A DNA stretch of 53,298 nt from an uncultured Candidatus Saccharibacteria bacterium (GTDB taxonomy: Bacteria > Patescibacteriota > Minisyncoccia > UBA6257 > 2-01-FULL-56-20): assembly GCA_964360585.1 (NCBI GenBank), contig CAYHXC010000001.1, positions 87,907-141,204 on the forward strand, written 5' to 3'. Positions 19,501 to 28,761 of this stretch are shown here, in pieces. The position numbers and the translations under genes were made by a program. Within the stretch, counting starts at the first letter, position 1. Every line of letters begins with the position of its first letter. The notes under the pieces are model-generated. The model had not been told where the DNA came from. It was given only the letters and a program-made list of their open reading frames with translations, and did no database searches.

Positions 19501-22500
19501 GAACCGTGCCGGTTCCATAGACATAGAAATACTGCTCAACGGTAATCTCGTTCCCACGACTATCTTTTTTGATCAACGCTAGCTCATATTCTCCTTCTTT
19601 ATCGACATGCACCGTGTGAAGAGTGTTGCCATCCCGATCCGTGCCGACAGTATCCTTTTTAACAACTTCCTTCTTTTGTTCGCTCTTGTAGTAATAACGT
19701 CCGTCCACTTCCTGTCTCCGAGAACTTATCCAACTCACTTTTCGCACCTCAACTGTTATACCGGAAATTGCCTGGGGATTACCTTTTATATCCACAGTTT
19801 TAAACCGCGCTGTCAGATCCTCACCTTTGCCCGCAAATATTCGATCCATCCGAACGCCAAGATAAAGATCCCCCCGATGGACTATGAATGATTTTTGAGC
19901 TGAGACTGACTGGCCGTTTTTATTTTTGACCGTCACGTGCATCACAAAAATTTTGCTGCGCTTTCCGTCCTCTCCTTTGAAAAGCTCGGCAAAATTTAGC
20001 TTCTGTGAAATAGTGGCCTTGCCATTACTGCCTACCGTTGTCTTGCCACGCGTGATAAATGTATCTCTCCAGCCATCATAATAGTAGTTCCCGCCAAAGT
20101 TGAAGTATCCTTCGCCCTTGTACTTATCGAAATAATAATCCTGACTAGTCAGCGAATACTCTACCTCGCCGCCATCAAGCGGCACCCCGAAGAAATAATC
20201 TGCCTGGACATCCAAGTTCATCGCATCCTGAGCGATATATTCTTCCTTATCAGCTTTGAGATTTACTTGGAATGCCGAAGGAACATACTCTTCAACATCA
20301 AAAGAGGCGTACCCATTACCCGCACTCATGTAGTAGCTGCCAAGAGGCGCGCCGCTATCCAAAACGAGCTCCGTTGTAAACGTGCCATACTCATTCAGCG
20401 TCACATCTTTTTCCATAACGACGTTATTGCGACTGTCGCGAATCGCGAGCTTAATCACTTTACCCGTAGCAGTTTCGTAATCGCCATCATACCCCAGCCG
20501 ATAGAGTCCCTTAATAAATACCTTTTGTCCCGGACGATAGATAGGACGATCGGTGTAGAGGTACATCTTCGTGGCTGAGTGCGCCGGATACGCATACTGA
20601 AGACTGTCTACTGCCTCAGAGATAATAGCGGCATCGCCGCCACTGCGAATAATTGCCGCCCGGGCGTTTGGCACAACTCGAAGAAGAGCTACTCCCTGAC
20701 TATCGGTTGTTCCGGAAGCCAACAAGGCAAGATCCTTGTCATAAATCTGAACGGTAGCCGCGATCACCGGACGCAATGTTTTAAATTCAGACACCCAGTA
20801 CAAACTTTGAGGATTCTTGAGAAGCACTCCCGAAACGGTCGCTTTATTGGGATCGCTATCGCTTTCCTGCCACTTCACCTGTTTTTCCTGAACCGCTAAA
20901 CGAGTAACACTTACATATGTCCGCTCATACACTGGCAGACTCTCTTCTCGCACATACTTTCTTTGCGCTTGATCCCAAATTTGATCAACGCGACGATGGT
21001 CCGGATGACTGAAGGTTACAATATATTGACCAAGAGGATTCTGAACATAGTCAGCAAGATTTATCTGGAAATAGTTCCGGGTCCAGTATCGATCGGGAAG
21101 ATCAACGGTCCGATTGATAGTTTCTTCGCAATCAAAACTTGAAGGCGCCATCAAGACATCAGATCTTTTATCAAGATATCGCAGCATATTCTCGGGTGAA
21201 ACCTTACAAATGTTCAAATTAAGATAATCGAAATTTTCAACTGAGTAGGTTAGCTTCGTTTTGTCAGGAGAAGTAACATTATACACACTCTGGGAGTGAT
21301 GGAAGTTTCGCGACAGCTCTGGAACCTTTCCTGTTCGGAAGTTAATTTGTGTTTGTGCTTTCTGACCAAAATCATCCACCACATTCAAGGAAACTTCTAT
21401 GTCTCTCTCAGGAGCTAAGCCAACACGGATCGTATTCACAAACTCACCAACTGAACACGGAGTTCCGAACTGCTCACGCTGTACTTGATACGGCTGATAC
21501 CACTCCCAAAGGCCAATGGGTAAGTTTGTTTTGAACTGCGCATTAAAATTATCCTCTGTCGCGGGACGCAAAGGAGAGTTGGTACAGAGGGTCACCGACT
21601 CTGGCTTAGCGTTCGTTCCTCCATTGGCCGGTACGGTTTTTAAAATCCGAAGCGCGGGATAGACAGTGATATTTTTTACAATTTTTTCTGGATTTAGTTG
21701 TAATCCTTCCCGATTCACAACCCGCTCAAACTGGATCGGTGCTGTCTCGCCAACCTGAAACCCCGTCGGATTAAAATGAAGAACTAACTTCTTCTTGTCC
21801 TCTTCTTTTTCACATCCACCCTGCTGCCATACAATATTTCCATACTCATCTTCTTTACAGGACTCTCCGTACGTAATGTTTTTTAGATTTTTTACTTGGA
21901 TGCTACTCCTCTGAATCTCGATCGTTTCTGGAAATTCGACAATAATCGTCCCTCGCGGATCGAAAAGCTCGGGAGAAACGAGCGTACTACTCGGAGATTC
22001 AGCCTCGAAGGAAGTAATCAGCTCTCCCACTTGATACACACTTTGTCGTTGTTCCTTGAGTGGGATATCCCCTTCGACCGGTACGGCTTCGGAAACAGTG
22101 AGCGTGTAATTCGTGTTGAAATCCCAAAGATCTTTTCTGCCAAATCTATCTTGGGCGTTGTAGATCTCAACCAAACCACGATCGGTCACCTTCCGCTCCT
22201 TCCCATTCTTGGGGTCACGAACCATTCGTGTTCCATAACGAACCGAAAAAGAAACTGCCTGGCCACGGGCCTCCGTTACTTTTATAAACGCTTTTGTTTT
22301 TTCGAGATCAACTGGCTGATTAAAAACTACCCGCATTGGTTGGCTGTAAGACAAAGGTCCTGAGGTGATCTGCTCGTAACGCAAAGGGCGTGTCGTAAAC
22401 GCAAACTGACCCGAAGGCACCGCCAACCCTTCGACAGACTTAAATCCAGGTTTTACCTCAACTCGATACTGAGCCGAACGCATCAAACGTGTTTCGGGGA

Positions 22501-23128
22501 TAAACTGAAGGTTTCGAGTACTCGTCCATTTAAATTTTCCTGGAGTAGCGGGCGTAACACTGACTAATTGAGCCGCGTCCGGCGTAAATGCATCGAGTAC
22601 GGTTAAGGGCACCATTGGCCGATTAAACACGATTGTAATCTCTGAAAACTCGCTCGCCGGAGTGCTCGATGCCGGGAAAATGGCGGTGATTTTAGGATCC
22701 TCATCAATCAGAAAATCTTTTGAGAGCTTCGTATCGCTCGCCGTTAACGTGGCGGTAAAATATTTTCCCAACGGAAGTTTCTCTTTCGGCTGAAAAATAA
22801 GCTGGTCTGCTACTCCACTCTTCAGCCAGGTACCGGATATCTCCGGCTCAAACGTGATCGCCGTTGCCGCCTCAGCGACGGCAACACCCTTTGGCAAGCG
22901 AATAACAATTGAAGCGCTCTGGGATACTTTATCCGAAATGAGGGCGTAGGACTCTTCGAAAGAACGCCGATCCAGTGAACGAGGAAAGACAGCAACTCCA
23001 AATCCAATGAGAACGGCGAGGACTACAATTGCTGATCCAAAAAGAATAGCCCGATGTTTATGTTCCCCTCTCGTCGGGGGCAAAATTGCTGGCGGCACCG
23101 ATACGTTGACTGTTGGTGTGTTTGCCAC
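16559..23128 (-). CDS. Bacterial alpha-2-macroglobulin with N-terminal TM anchor and Ig-like domains
   Basis: YTDRPIYRPG, VEEY, LAVVD, LPDNLTSW, thioester YPYGCSEQ and C-terminal YFPENFGRT motifs. Confidence 0.95.
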   Translation of the reverse strand: MANTPTVNVSVPPAILPPTRGEHKHRAILFGSAIVVLAVLIGFGVAVFPRSLDRRSFEESYALISDKVSQSASIVIRLPKGVAVAEAATAITFEPEISGTWLKSGVADQLIFQPKEKLPLGKYFTATLTASDTKLSKDFLIDEDPKITAIFPASSTPASEFSEITIVFNRPMVPLTVLDAFTPDAAQLVSVTPATPGKFKWTSTRNLQFIPETRLMRSAQYRVEVKPGFKSVEGLAVPSGQFAFTTRPLRYEQITSGPLSYSQPMRVVFNQPVDLEKTKAFIKVTEARGQAVSFSVRYGTRMVRDPKNGKERKVTDRGLVEIYNAQDRFGRKDLWDFNTNYTLTVSEAVPVEGDIPLKEQRQSVYQVGELITSFEAESPSSTLVSPELFDPRGTIIVEFPETIEIQRSSIQVKNLKNITYGESCKEDEYGNIVWQQGGCEKEEDKKKLVLHFNPTGFQVGETAPIQFERVVNREGLQLNPEKIVKNITVYPALRILKTVPANGGTNAKPESVTLCTNSPLRPATEDNFNAQFKTNLPIGLWEWYQPYQVQREQFGTPCSVGEFVNTIRVGLAPERDIEVSLNVVDDFGQKAQTQINFRTGKVPELSRNFHHSQSVYNVTSPDKTKLTYSVENFDYLNLNICKVSPENMLRYLDKRSDVLMAPSSFDCEETINRTVDLPDRYWTRNYFQINLADYVQNPLGQYIVTFSHPDHRRVDQIWDQAQRKYVREESLPVYERTYVSVTRLAVQEKQVKWQESDSDPNKATVSGVLLKNPQSLYWVSEFKTLRPVIAATVQIYDKDLALLASGTTDSQGVALLRVVPNARAAIIRSGGDAAIISEAVDSLQYAYPAHSATKMYLYTDRPIYRPGQKVFIKGLYRLGYDGDYETATGKVIKLAIRDSRNNVVMEKDVTLNEYGTFTTELVLDSGAPLGSYYMSAGNGYASFDVEEYVPSAFQVNLKADKEEYIAQDAMNLDVQADYFFGVPLDGGEVEYSLTSQDYYFDKYKGEGYFNFGGNYYYDGWRDTFITRGKTTVGSNGKATISQKLNFAELFKGEDGKRSKIFVMHVTVKNKNGQSVSAQKSFIVHRGDLYLGVRMDRIFAGKGEDLTARFKTVDIKGNPQAISGITVEVRKVSWISSRRQEVDGRYYYKSEQKKEVVKKDTVGTDRDGNTLHTVHVDKEGEYELALIKKDSRGNEITVEQYFYVYGTGTVQVRPTNNATLELVTDKSKVDVGEKTSFVIKSPFQVAKALITIERGQIFDYRIIDVNGGLGQYQFDVRSPYVPNIYASVLLLSNGPEIKYGQIEYQVNTKDVALSINVKSDKKEYLPGEKVNLTIETKDVGGKGVPAELSLAVVDMSVLALKGNIKKNPLVFFYDGFPLSVVTASNVKNVLFEAEIPAGTKGGGGESPEELAKKKRGEFRETALWDGTVRTNEAGVATLSFTLPDNLTSWQIESVGITKDTKVGVDYKEFTARKEVMAVPLAPRFIVPGDTFSLGGNIFNQTSETQTFSVTLDSPALEKKDSGTKSITLKPGTSETVYFKVQAPERVEKGNHLFTLSAKNNLYEDVVEMRIPITRNNTFEAVATAGYTTNAITKEYVFLPDVVVPNRGGLEVNMNATLANFVSDALSYLFTYPYGCSEQLASKLSAIAIVERGLNIKNVGETWKIGKVTLDGVEYTVDEAVKRGLARIYENQTYSGGFSYYKNLQPEYYLTMHVLNALLDLKEAGYEVEDRVINNAALYMNREISSRREYLNDRDLIILSAYTLSRIPNAAESAVITTKMQGILNDQAYLQEKISNISLSHIALYLHQKGYSETTKNSIFQILDGRIDIDSRGAHVKQGTSNRLFAYYQTPIKDTALFLKASAATRRDGPILDKTVRWLLRSRDKDGAWASTNNTLAVVDAFSELLSWKRETESEFDVSLLFDDKELDNFSFGSKNIFGTLNHFIPTEEISQNQLHTISLKKDNKNNLPNGLYYDLSLKYFLPVDALPPRDEGFSIARSFYDAKDGNLEHPLKEAKPGEVLRGRLTITVPEARNFVTIEDFIPAGMELVNLKLAIEDQSLRKLDNQEYPSEFFGSRSSLSIASVSDAIGWVKGLWGQAGDATLGIGDTSPDDVLLYGTGRQTRMFYPDHEESHDDRLLLFKQRLQPGVYEYDYFVRALIPGSYGHLPATVSELYFPENFGRTAGDSFEVKE

Positions 23129-23278
23129 TTTTCTTCATTTTACACGCAATAACCAAAAAGCGACACTCGTTATGCCCATAATATTTACTAAGAAGGATCG
23201 CACTTCTTCGCAGGCCTTCCGAATGGGCATGTCTCTTCATTTGCACTCCTAGAAAGCACTTATGGTAAAATACAAATT

Positions 23279-24190
23279 ATGAGAAACACACTTATTATCA
23301 TTATTATTGTTCTTCTGGTGGGCGCGGGGGTATATTTCTATTTTTTAAATAATCCTCTGTCCCTTGATGCCACGCCAAATAAACCGAGCCCGTACACATC
23401 CGAAGAACAAAACGGCAGTTCGATGAATGTCGCAGGGCAAGAAAATAAAGATATGACGATCATCGGCACTTCCGTCGGCGGCCGCGATATCGTCGCCTAC
23501 CATTTCGGATCCGGCGAGAAAGAACTGCTCTTCGTGGGCGGCATTCATGGCGGCTATGAATGGAACACGGCGCTTCTTGGGAATACGCTTGTTGATTATT
23601 TAAAAACACATCCCGAAGTCATTCCGACCAGTACAAAAGTTACGGTGATCCCCGTTCTCAACCCCGATGGCTTGAGTAAAGTTGTGAGCAGCACCAACTC
23701 ATTCTCGGCCGCCAATGTTTCGCCTTCGCAAACACTGCAGGTGGCCGGCCGCTTCAATGGAAACACTGTCGACCTGAACCGCAACTTTGACTGCGATTGG
23801 CAAACAAATGCTGTCTGGCAGAGCAAACCCGTGAGCGGAGGCAGTACAGCGTTTTCTGAGCCAGAAAGTGTGGCGGTTAAGAACTATATCGCCGCTCACA
23901 AACCAACCGCCGCAGTCGTTTGGTACAGTTCCGCCGGCGGCGTATTCGCCTCGAACTGTCATAACGGCGTCTCAACCAGCACGCAAAAAATTACGAATGT
24001 GTACGCCAAGGCATCCGGCTATCCGGCTTACGAAAGTTTCGATTTCTACGAAGTAACCGGCGATATGGTCAACTGGCTGGCCAAGAGCGATATCCCGGCC
24101 ATCAGCGTTCTCCTGACCAACCATACCGATATCGAGTGGGCTAAAAATCTCGCCGGCATTCAAGCCTTTCTCCAGCACTACGCGCAGTAA
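23279..24190 (+). CDS. M14 zinc carboxypeptidase-like protein (MpaA-like), predicted catalytically inactive
   Basis: GGIHGGYE, NPDG, VDLNRNF and FSEPES present, but WYS replaces WHS and SVLL replaces TVEL relative to the paralog. Confidence 0.85.
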   Translation: MRNTLIIIIIVLLVGAGVYFYFLNNPLSLDATPNKPSPYTSEEQNGSSMNVAGQENKDMTIIGTSVGGRDIVAYHFGSGEKELLFVGGIHGGYEWNTALLGNTLVDYLKTHPEVIPTSTKVTVIPVLNPDGLSKVVSSTNSFSAANVSPSQTLQVAGRFNGNTVDLNRNFDCDWQTNAVWQSKPVSGGSTAFSEPESVAVKNYIAAHKPTAAVVWYSSAGGVFASNCHNGVSTSTQKITNVYAKASGYPAYESFDFYEVTGDMVNWLAKSDIPAISVLLTNHTDIEWAKNLAGIQAFLQHYAQ

Positions 24191-25062
24191 TGTTTCCCCG
24201 CCGCACAAAACGGGCCGCTACGCTCGCTGTCGTTTTTGCCATCGCGCTTGGCATTGGTCTTTTCTTTTTTCTTCGCGGGCCAGAAGCGCCTGAGGAACAA
24301 ATCGCTCCGACAACCAGCGCGCCGCGCGAAACGACGATTGGCTCGTCCGTTCAGAATCGAACTATAAAAGCCTTCACCTTCGGACACGGGACAAAGAAAC
24401 TGCTTTTCGTGGGCGGCATTCATGGCGGCTATGAATGGAACAGTGTCCATCTGGCCTACACGTTTATGGACTATCTCGAGGCAAACCCATCGGCTATTCC
24501 GGATAATCTCAAAATAACCGTCATTCCCTCTGTTAATCCTGACGGTGTCTACAAAATTATCGGCAAAGAAGGACGTTTTACCGCGGCTGACGTGCCAAGC
24601 GCGGCGGATCAGTCTCCGGGCCGGTTCAACGCAAACAATGTCGACCTGAACCGCAACTTCGACTGCAAGTGGCAATCGGAAAGCACCTGGCGAAATCGAG
24701 CGGTAAGCGCCGGCACTGCTCCTTTCTCCGAACCGGAAAGTCGAGCGATTCGCGATTTTGTTTTAAAAAATCAGCCGGCCGCCGTCATTTTCTGGCACAG
24801 CCAAGCCAATGCGGTTTATGCTTCGGAGTGTAAAAACGGCATCCTTCCCCAAACACTCGCCATTATGAATGCCTACGCCAAGGCATCGGGCTATCCGGCA
24901 GTGAAAACATTCGACAGCTACGCTGTGACCGGCGATGCCGAAGGGTGGCTGGCCTCTATTAACATTCCCGCCATCACCGTCGAACTGAAAACGCACGAAA
25001 CTATCGAGTGGAATAAAAATCTCCCGGGCATTTTGGCTTTGTTCGAATACTTCTCACGATAA
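24190..25062 (+). CDS. M14 zinc carboxypeptidase (MpaA-like), membrane-anchored
   Basis: GGIHGGYE, NPDG, DLNRNF, FWHS and ITVEL motifs; TAATG coupling to the paralog. Confidence 0.88.
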   Translation: MFPRRTKRAATLAVVFAIALGIGLFFFLRGPEAPEEQIAPTTSAPRETTIGSSVQNRTIKAFTFGHGTKKLLFVGGIHGGYEWNSVHLAYTFMDYLEANPSAIPDNLKITVIPSVNPDGVYKIIGKEGRFTAADVPSAADQSPGRFNANNVDLNRNFDCKWQSESTWRNRAVSAGTAPFSEPESRAIRDFVLKNQPAAVIFWHSQANAVYASECKNGILPQTLAIMNAYAKASGYPAVKTFDSYAVTGDAEGWLASINIPAITVELKTHETIEWNKNLPGILALFEYFSR

Positions 25063-25119
25063 AGAACTGGGATAGGAAACATTTTTGAGACGAGCTCTAG
25101 GCGTTATATAATAAAACTG

Positions 25120-26064
25120 ATGGATTACCACGTACTACAAGAACGTCTCCGAGAAAATCGTTATTGGATAGCCATCGGCATGATTGTCCTTCTTGTGATT
25201 GGCGGCTTTCTTTTCACGTTTCTCAAAATCTCGTCTCTCAATGAACGTATCCTCGCGCTTTCTTTAAAGGTTGACGGATCAACAAGCGCGCTGGCTCAGA
25301 ATATTTATCACCTGCGATCGGAGACTGGCGGCCTATCCAAAACGCTGACCGACACCAAAAAAGAAATCGCAACGGCCAACAATGACTTGAACGCGGTGAA
25401 AAACCAAGTCGGCGGCGTGGAACAAACCGTTGGTTCGATTTCCGGCACCGTCTCGACACTCAAGAAACTGGCGGCGATCGATCCCGAGCTTCTTAAAAAA
25501 TACTCCAAGGTCTATTTCTTGAACGAGAATTACACGCCAGCGCACGTAACCCCGATTCCACAAAGATACGTTTATAGCAACAGCGTGCAAGAATCATATC
25601 TCGCCGAATCCTGGCCCTTTTTGGAGCGGCTGCTCGACTCGGCCAAAGCAAACAACGTGGAGCTCTATATCAGCTCCGCTTATCGCTCATTCGCGAAACA
25701 ACAGATGATCAAATCTGACTATGTCGTCACCTATGGCGCGGGAACAGCCAATTCCTTTTCTGCCGACCAGGGGTACTCCGAACACCAATTAGGCACGGCG
25801 ATCGATGTAATAACAACCGGTCTCGGTGGCCAACTTTCCCAAGCCTTCGATAAAACCGCGGCATACAAATGGCTCGAAAACAACGCTTATCAGTTTGGCT
25901 TCGTTCTCTCGTATCCTAAAACCAACACGTATTATATCTACGAACCCTGGCACTGGCGCTTTGTCGGCGTGAAACTGGCGACGTATCTCCATAACAACGC
26001 CAAGAGCTTCTATGATATGGATCAGCGGGATATCGACACCTATCTCGTGAACCTTTTCGACTAG
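25120..26064 (+). CDS. M15B (VanY/LdcB-like) carboxypeptidase with TM anchor and coiled-coil stalk
   Basis: SAYRS, GYSEHQLGTAID and YEPWHWRFVG motifs. Confidence 0.9.
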   Translation: MDYHVLQERLRENRYWIAIGMIVLLVIGGFLFTFLKISSLNERILALSLKVDGSTSALAQNIYHLRSETGGLSKTLTDTKKEIATANNDLNAVKNQVGGVEQTVGSISGTVSTLKKLAAIDPELLKKYSKVYFLNENYTPAHVTPIPQRYVYSNSVQESYLAESWPFLERLLDSAKANNVELYISSAYRSFAKQQMIKSDYVVTYGAGTANSFSADQGYSEHQLGTAIDVITTGLGGQLSQAFDKTAAYKWLENNAYQFGFVLSYPKTNTYYIYEPWHWRFVGVKLATYLHNNAKSFYDMDQRDIDTYLVNLFD

Positions 26065-26132
26065 ACTAAATCATTCGCTACAGTCCAGAAACTTCATGAT
26101 GGCGTCATTGTCGCTTTTGGTATAATACGGTC

Positions 26133-26918
26133 ATGAATAAAACAGTAGTAATACTCATTGGAGTGGTCGGAATTGCAGTGGGGTTGTGGCTGATTCTTGG
26201 GGATAATCAAATGAAAAACGCCGAGATGATGCAGAACGGTAGTACAACCGAAATTGTTATTCAGGACAATGTCGAGTACATTGCTGGTGCCAAAGGATAC
26301 TTCGTTCGTCCAAAGGCCTCAGGCACGTATCCAGGCGTAGTCATGATTCACGAGAACCGTGGCTTGCGTCCGGAGATCAAACAGACTGCCGAGACTTTGG
26401 CAAAAGAAGGTTACATGGTCTTGGCGGTTGATCTTTTTGGCGGCGTGGCCGAGGATCAGACTGGCGCTCGAGAATTGACCTCGAAATTTACGCAAGCCAG
26501 CGGTACTCAAAACATGCGCGCGGCGGCGGCGTATTTACGCGAACAAGGAGCAGTGAAAATTGCCTCACTCGGCTGGTGCTTTGGCGGACGACAGTCTATT
26601 GAACTCGCGATCTCTGGCGAAAAACTGGACGCCACTGTTGTTTACTACGGCGGCGGCATGGCCAGCACCACCGAAAAACTCGCCCCAATCAAGTGGCCGG
26701 TACTTGGTATCTTCGGCGATCAGGATCAGGCTATCCCCACTTCAACCGTCCGCGCTTTCGAAACATCACTGGACACGCTCGGTGTGAAAAACGAGATCCA
26801 TATCTATCCCGGTGTCGGTCACGCTTTCGCTAACCCCTCGGGCATGAACTATGCACCCGAAGAAACTATGGACGCCTGGGCGAAAACACTCACCTTCTTA
26901 AATTTGAATCTTAAATAA
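26133..26918 (+). CDS. Dienelactone hydrolase family protein with N-terminal anchor
   Basis: VVMIHE..GL, GWCFGG, FGDQD and YPGVGHAFAN motifs. Confidence 0.9.
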   Translation: MNKTVVILIGVVGIAVGLWLILGDNQMKNAEMMQNGSTTEIVIQDNVEYIAGAKGYFVRPKASGTYPGVVMIHENRGLRPEIKQTAETLAKEGYMVLAVDLFGGVAEDQTGARELTSKFTQASGTQNMRAAAAYLREQGAVKIASLGWCFGGRQSIELAISGEKLDATVVYYGGGMASTTEKLAPIKWPVLGIFGDQDQAIPTSTVRAFETSLDTLGVKNEIHIYPGVGHAFANPSGMNYAPEETMDAWAKTLTFLNLNLK

Positions 26919-26938
26919 AACAATAAATTATTAAAAAC

Positions 26939-27373
26939 ATGGCACGAACTAGTATCTACTTAAATTTTCCACGTTCGACTGAGGAAGCATTCACTTTTTA
27001 TAAATCCGTATTTGGCGGTGAGTTTCAAGGTGGTATTCATCGGATGGGCGAAGTTCCTCCGCAGCCGGATAAACCGCTCGCTGAAGCAGATAAGAATTTG
27101 GTCATGCATATTGCTCTTCCAATCACCGGCGGCCTGATGCTCATGGGAACCGATGCTCCGGAATCCATGGGATTCACCGTCACGCATGGCAATAATATTT
27201 ATATCAATCTTGAGCCGGACACACGAGTGGAAACAGAGCGATTATTCAAAGCCTTATCCGACGGTGGTAAAGTAGAGATGCAATTGCAGGAAATGTTCTG
27301 GGGCGACTATTTCGGTTCGTGCAAAGACAAGTTTGGCGTGAATTGGATGTTTAACTGCTCGAACAAGGTGTAG
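26939..27373 (+). CDS. VOC/glyoxalase superfamily protein (PhnB-like)
   Basis: YLNF...EEAF.FY.SVFG, VMH, LS.GG.V.M and FWG..FG...DKFGVNW motifs. Confidence 0.9.
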   Translation: MARTSIYLNFPRSTEEAFTFYKSVFGGEFQGGIHRMGEVPPQPDKPLAEADKNLVMHIALPITGGLMLMGTDAPESMGFTVTHGNNIYINLEPDTRVETERLFKALSDGGKVEMQLQEMFWGDYFGSCKDKFGVNWMFNCSNKV

Positions 27374-27484
27374 GCTCGGAAAATCGGAAAAAAGGTTCAT
27401 CCCCGCTTCACTTCCCTTGTGTCTATAATGAAGTTACAATAAGGCCTCCAAAGGTCGTCGTTATAACCTTTCAAGAAAAAACAT

Positions 27485-27814
27485 ATGAAAAAATTTATTG
27501 TGCTCTATATGCTCCCGATCGCCGCGATTGACCAAATGATGCAAAACTCCACGCCGGAACAGCGCCAAGCTGGGATGGAGGAGTGGAAGAATTGGCAGAA
27601 GACGCACGCCAGTGACGTTGTCGAAATGGGCGCGCCAGTTGGTCGGAATAAACGCGTGACCGGAAGTGGCGTCACCGACACCAGAAACGAAGTCGGCGGC
27701 TACTCTATCGTCCAAGCCGAATCGCACGATGCGGCGGCGAAACTCTTTAGCGACAATCCCCACTTCAAGATCCCCGGTGCTTACATCGACATCATGGAGT
27801 GTACAGCGATGTGA
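27485..27814 (+). CDS. YciI/DGPF-like dimeric alpha-beta barrel protein
   Basis: MKKFIVLY, W..W and GGYSIVQAES.D.A......PH motifs. Confidence 0.75.
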   Translation: MKKFIVLYMLPIAAIDQMMQNSTPEQRQAGMEEWKNWQKTHASDVVEMGAPVGRNKRVTGSGVTDTRNEVGGYSIVQAESHDAAAKLFSDNPHFKIPGAYIDIMECTAM

Positions 27815-27870
27815 TCGTAAACTAATGACTGATAACCGATAACAAACAACTAAAAACTGTTGACGATACT

Positions 27871-27894
27871 AAACCCCTTCGGGGGTTTTGTGTT
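27871..27894 (+). terminator. Rho-independent terminator (identical copy at 28762-28785)
   Basis: AAACCCC-TTCG-GGGGTTT followed by a T-rich tail. Confidence 0.8.
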
Positions 27895-27900
27895 ACCGTA

Positions 27901-27938
27901 ATAGACGCCCACGGGTTTACCCGTGAGCGTCTATTTTT
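27901..27938 (+). terminator. Second hairpin or REP-like palindrome
   Basis: ATAGACGCCCACGGG-TTTA-CCCGTGAGCGTCTAT followed by TTTT. Confidence 0.6.
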
Positions 27939-28002
27939 GTCTTCAGAAAACATTCATATCTCATCGCCTACCTTCAAAACACAAACCTGATATACTACTT
28001 TT

Positions 28003-28731
28003 ATGAACCACAAAAATATTCTGTTCGTTATTACCACGGTCGCGTTGATTGGTGGGGTCATGTATATGGTCTCGAAAAAACAAAGTATCGTTCCTGATGG
28101 AGACATAGCCTGCACCGAAGAAGCTTTGATCTGTCCCGATGGTTCCGGAGTGGGCCGCGGTGGACAAGAGTGTAAGTTCGCTGCCTGCCCACAGCAAGCG
28201 TCGTTAATCGGAATCCTCAAGCAAGACACGAATGGGTTTATGTTAGTCGTGAATGGCTCTTCCGGCGTGGAAACAATGGAGAGAACCTATACCTTACCAC
28301 TGAAAGGTAAAGTCAGTAATGTACTGGATCAACTAGTGAATCAAAAAGTTCGTGCGTATGGCTCGTTCATCGAGGGTACCACGTATTCTGTAGATAGAAT
28401 CGAAGAACTCCCCAGCGATCTTGGAGAAGTTGGTGTCGGAAAAACGGTTTTTATAAACGGCGTGTGGATAACGCTCAATAAAATTGTTCAGGATAATCGC
28501 TGCCCAACGGATAGAAATATACAGTGTGACAAGGCCGGCTGGGTAACCGTGAATGTGACGCTCCAAAGTGGCACGAACAAAGAAACACGTGATATCGCCT
28601 CAAATGGTTTTTCCGTCGCTTTTGACTCGTATCAGATCTCAATCGTAGACACCAAACCCTCACGTATTTCAACCGAACCAGTACCGAAGGATAGCTACTT
28701 GATCACTTTCCGGGTCAAATCGAACAAATAA
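28003..28731 (+). CDS. Membrane-anchored surface protein with a Cys-rich ACTEEALICPDGS..GR....C.F..CP motif
   Basis: N-terminal TM; Cys motif recurrent in CPR surface proteins; second D.RCP....QC..AG domain. Confidence 0.75.
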   Translation: MNHKNILFVITTVALIGGVMYMVSKKQSIVPDGDIACTEEALICPDGSGVGRGGQECKFAACPQQASLIGILKQDTNGFMLVVNGSSGVETMERTYTLPLKGKVSNVLDQLVNQKVRAYGSFIEGTTYSVDRIEELPSDLGEVGVGKTVFINGVWITLNKIVQDNRCPTDRNIQCDKAGWVTVNVTLQSGTNKETRDIASNGFSVAFDSYQISIVDTKPSRISTEPVPKDSYLITFRVKSNK

Positions 28732-28761
28732 CTAACTACCAACACCTAAAACTATCGCACC

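Noticed and set aside
23172-23230. Imperfect hairpin ATGCCCAT...ATGGGCAT between the divergent A2M and M14 promoters
   Set aside because: Single copy with short stems and no covariation evidence; it could be an operator but cannot be supported.
27821-27858. Short periodic repeats considered as a CRISPR array
   Set aside because: 7-nt degenerate period with no spacers and no cas genes.
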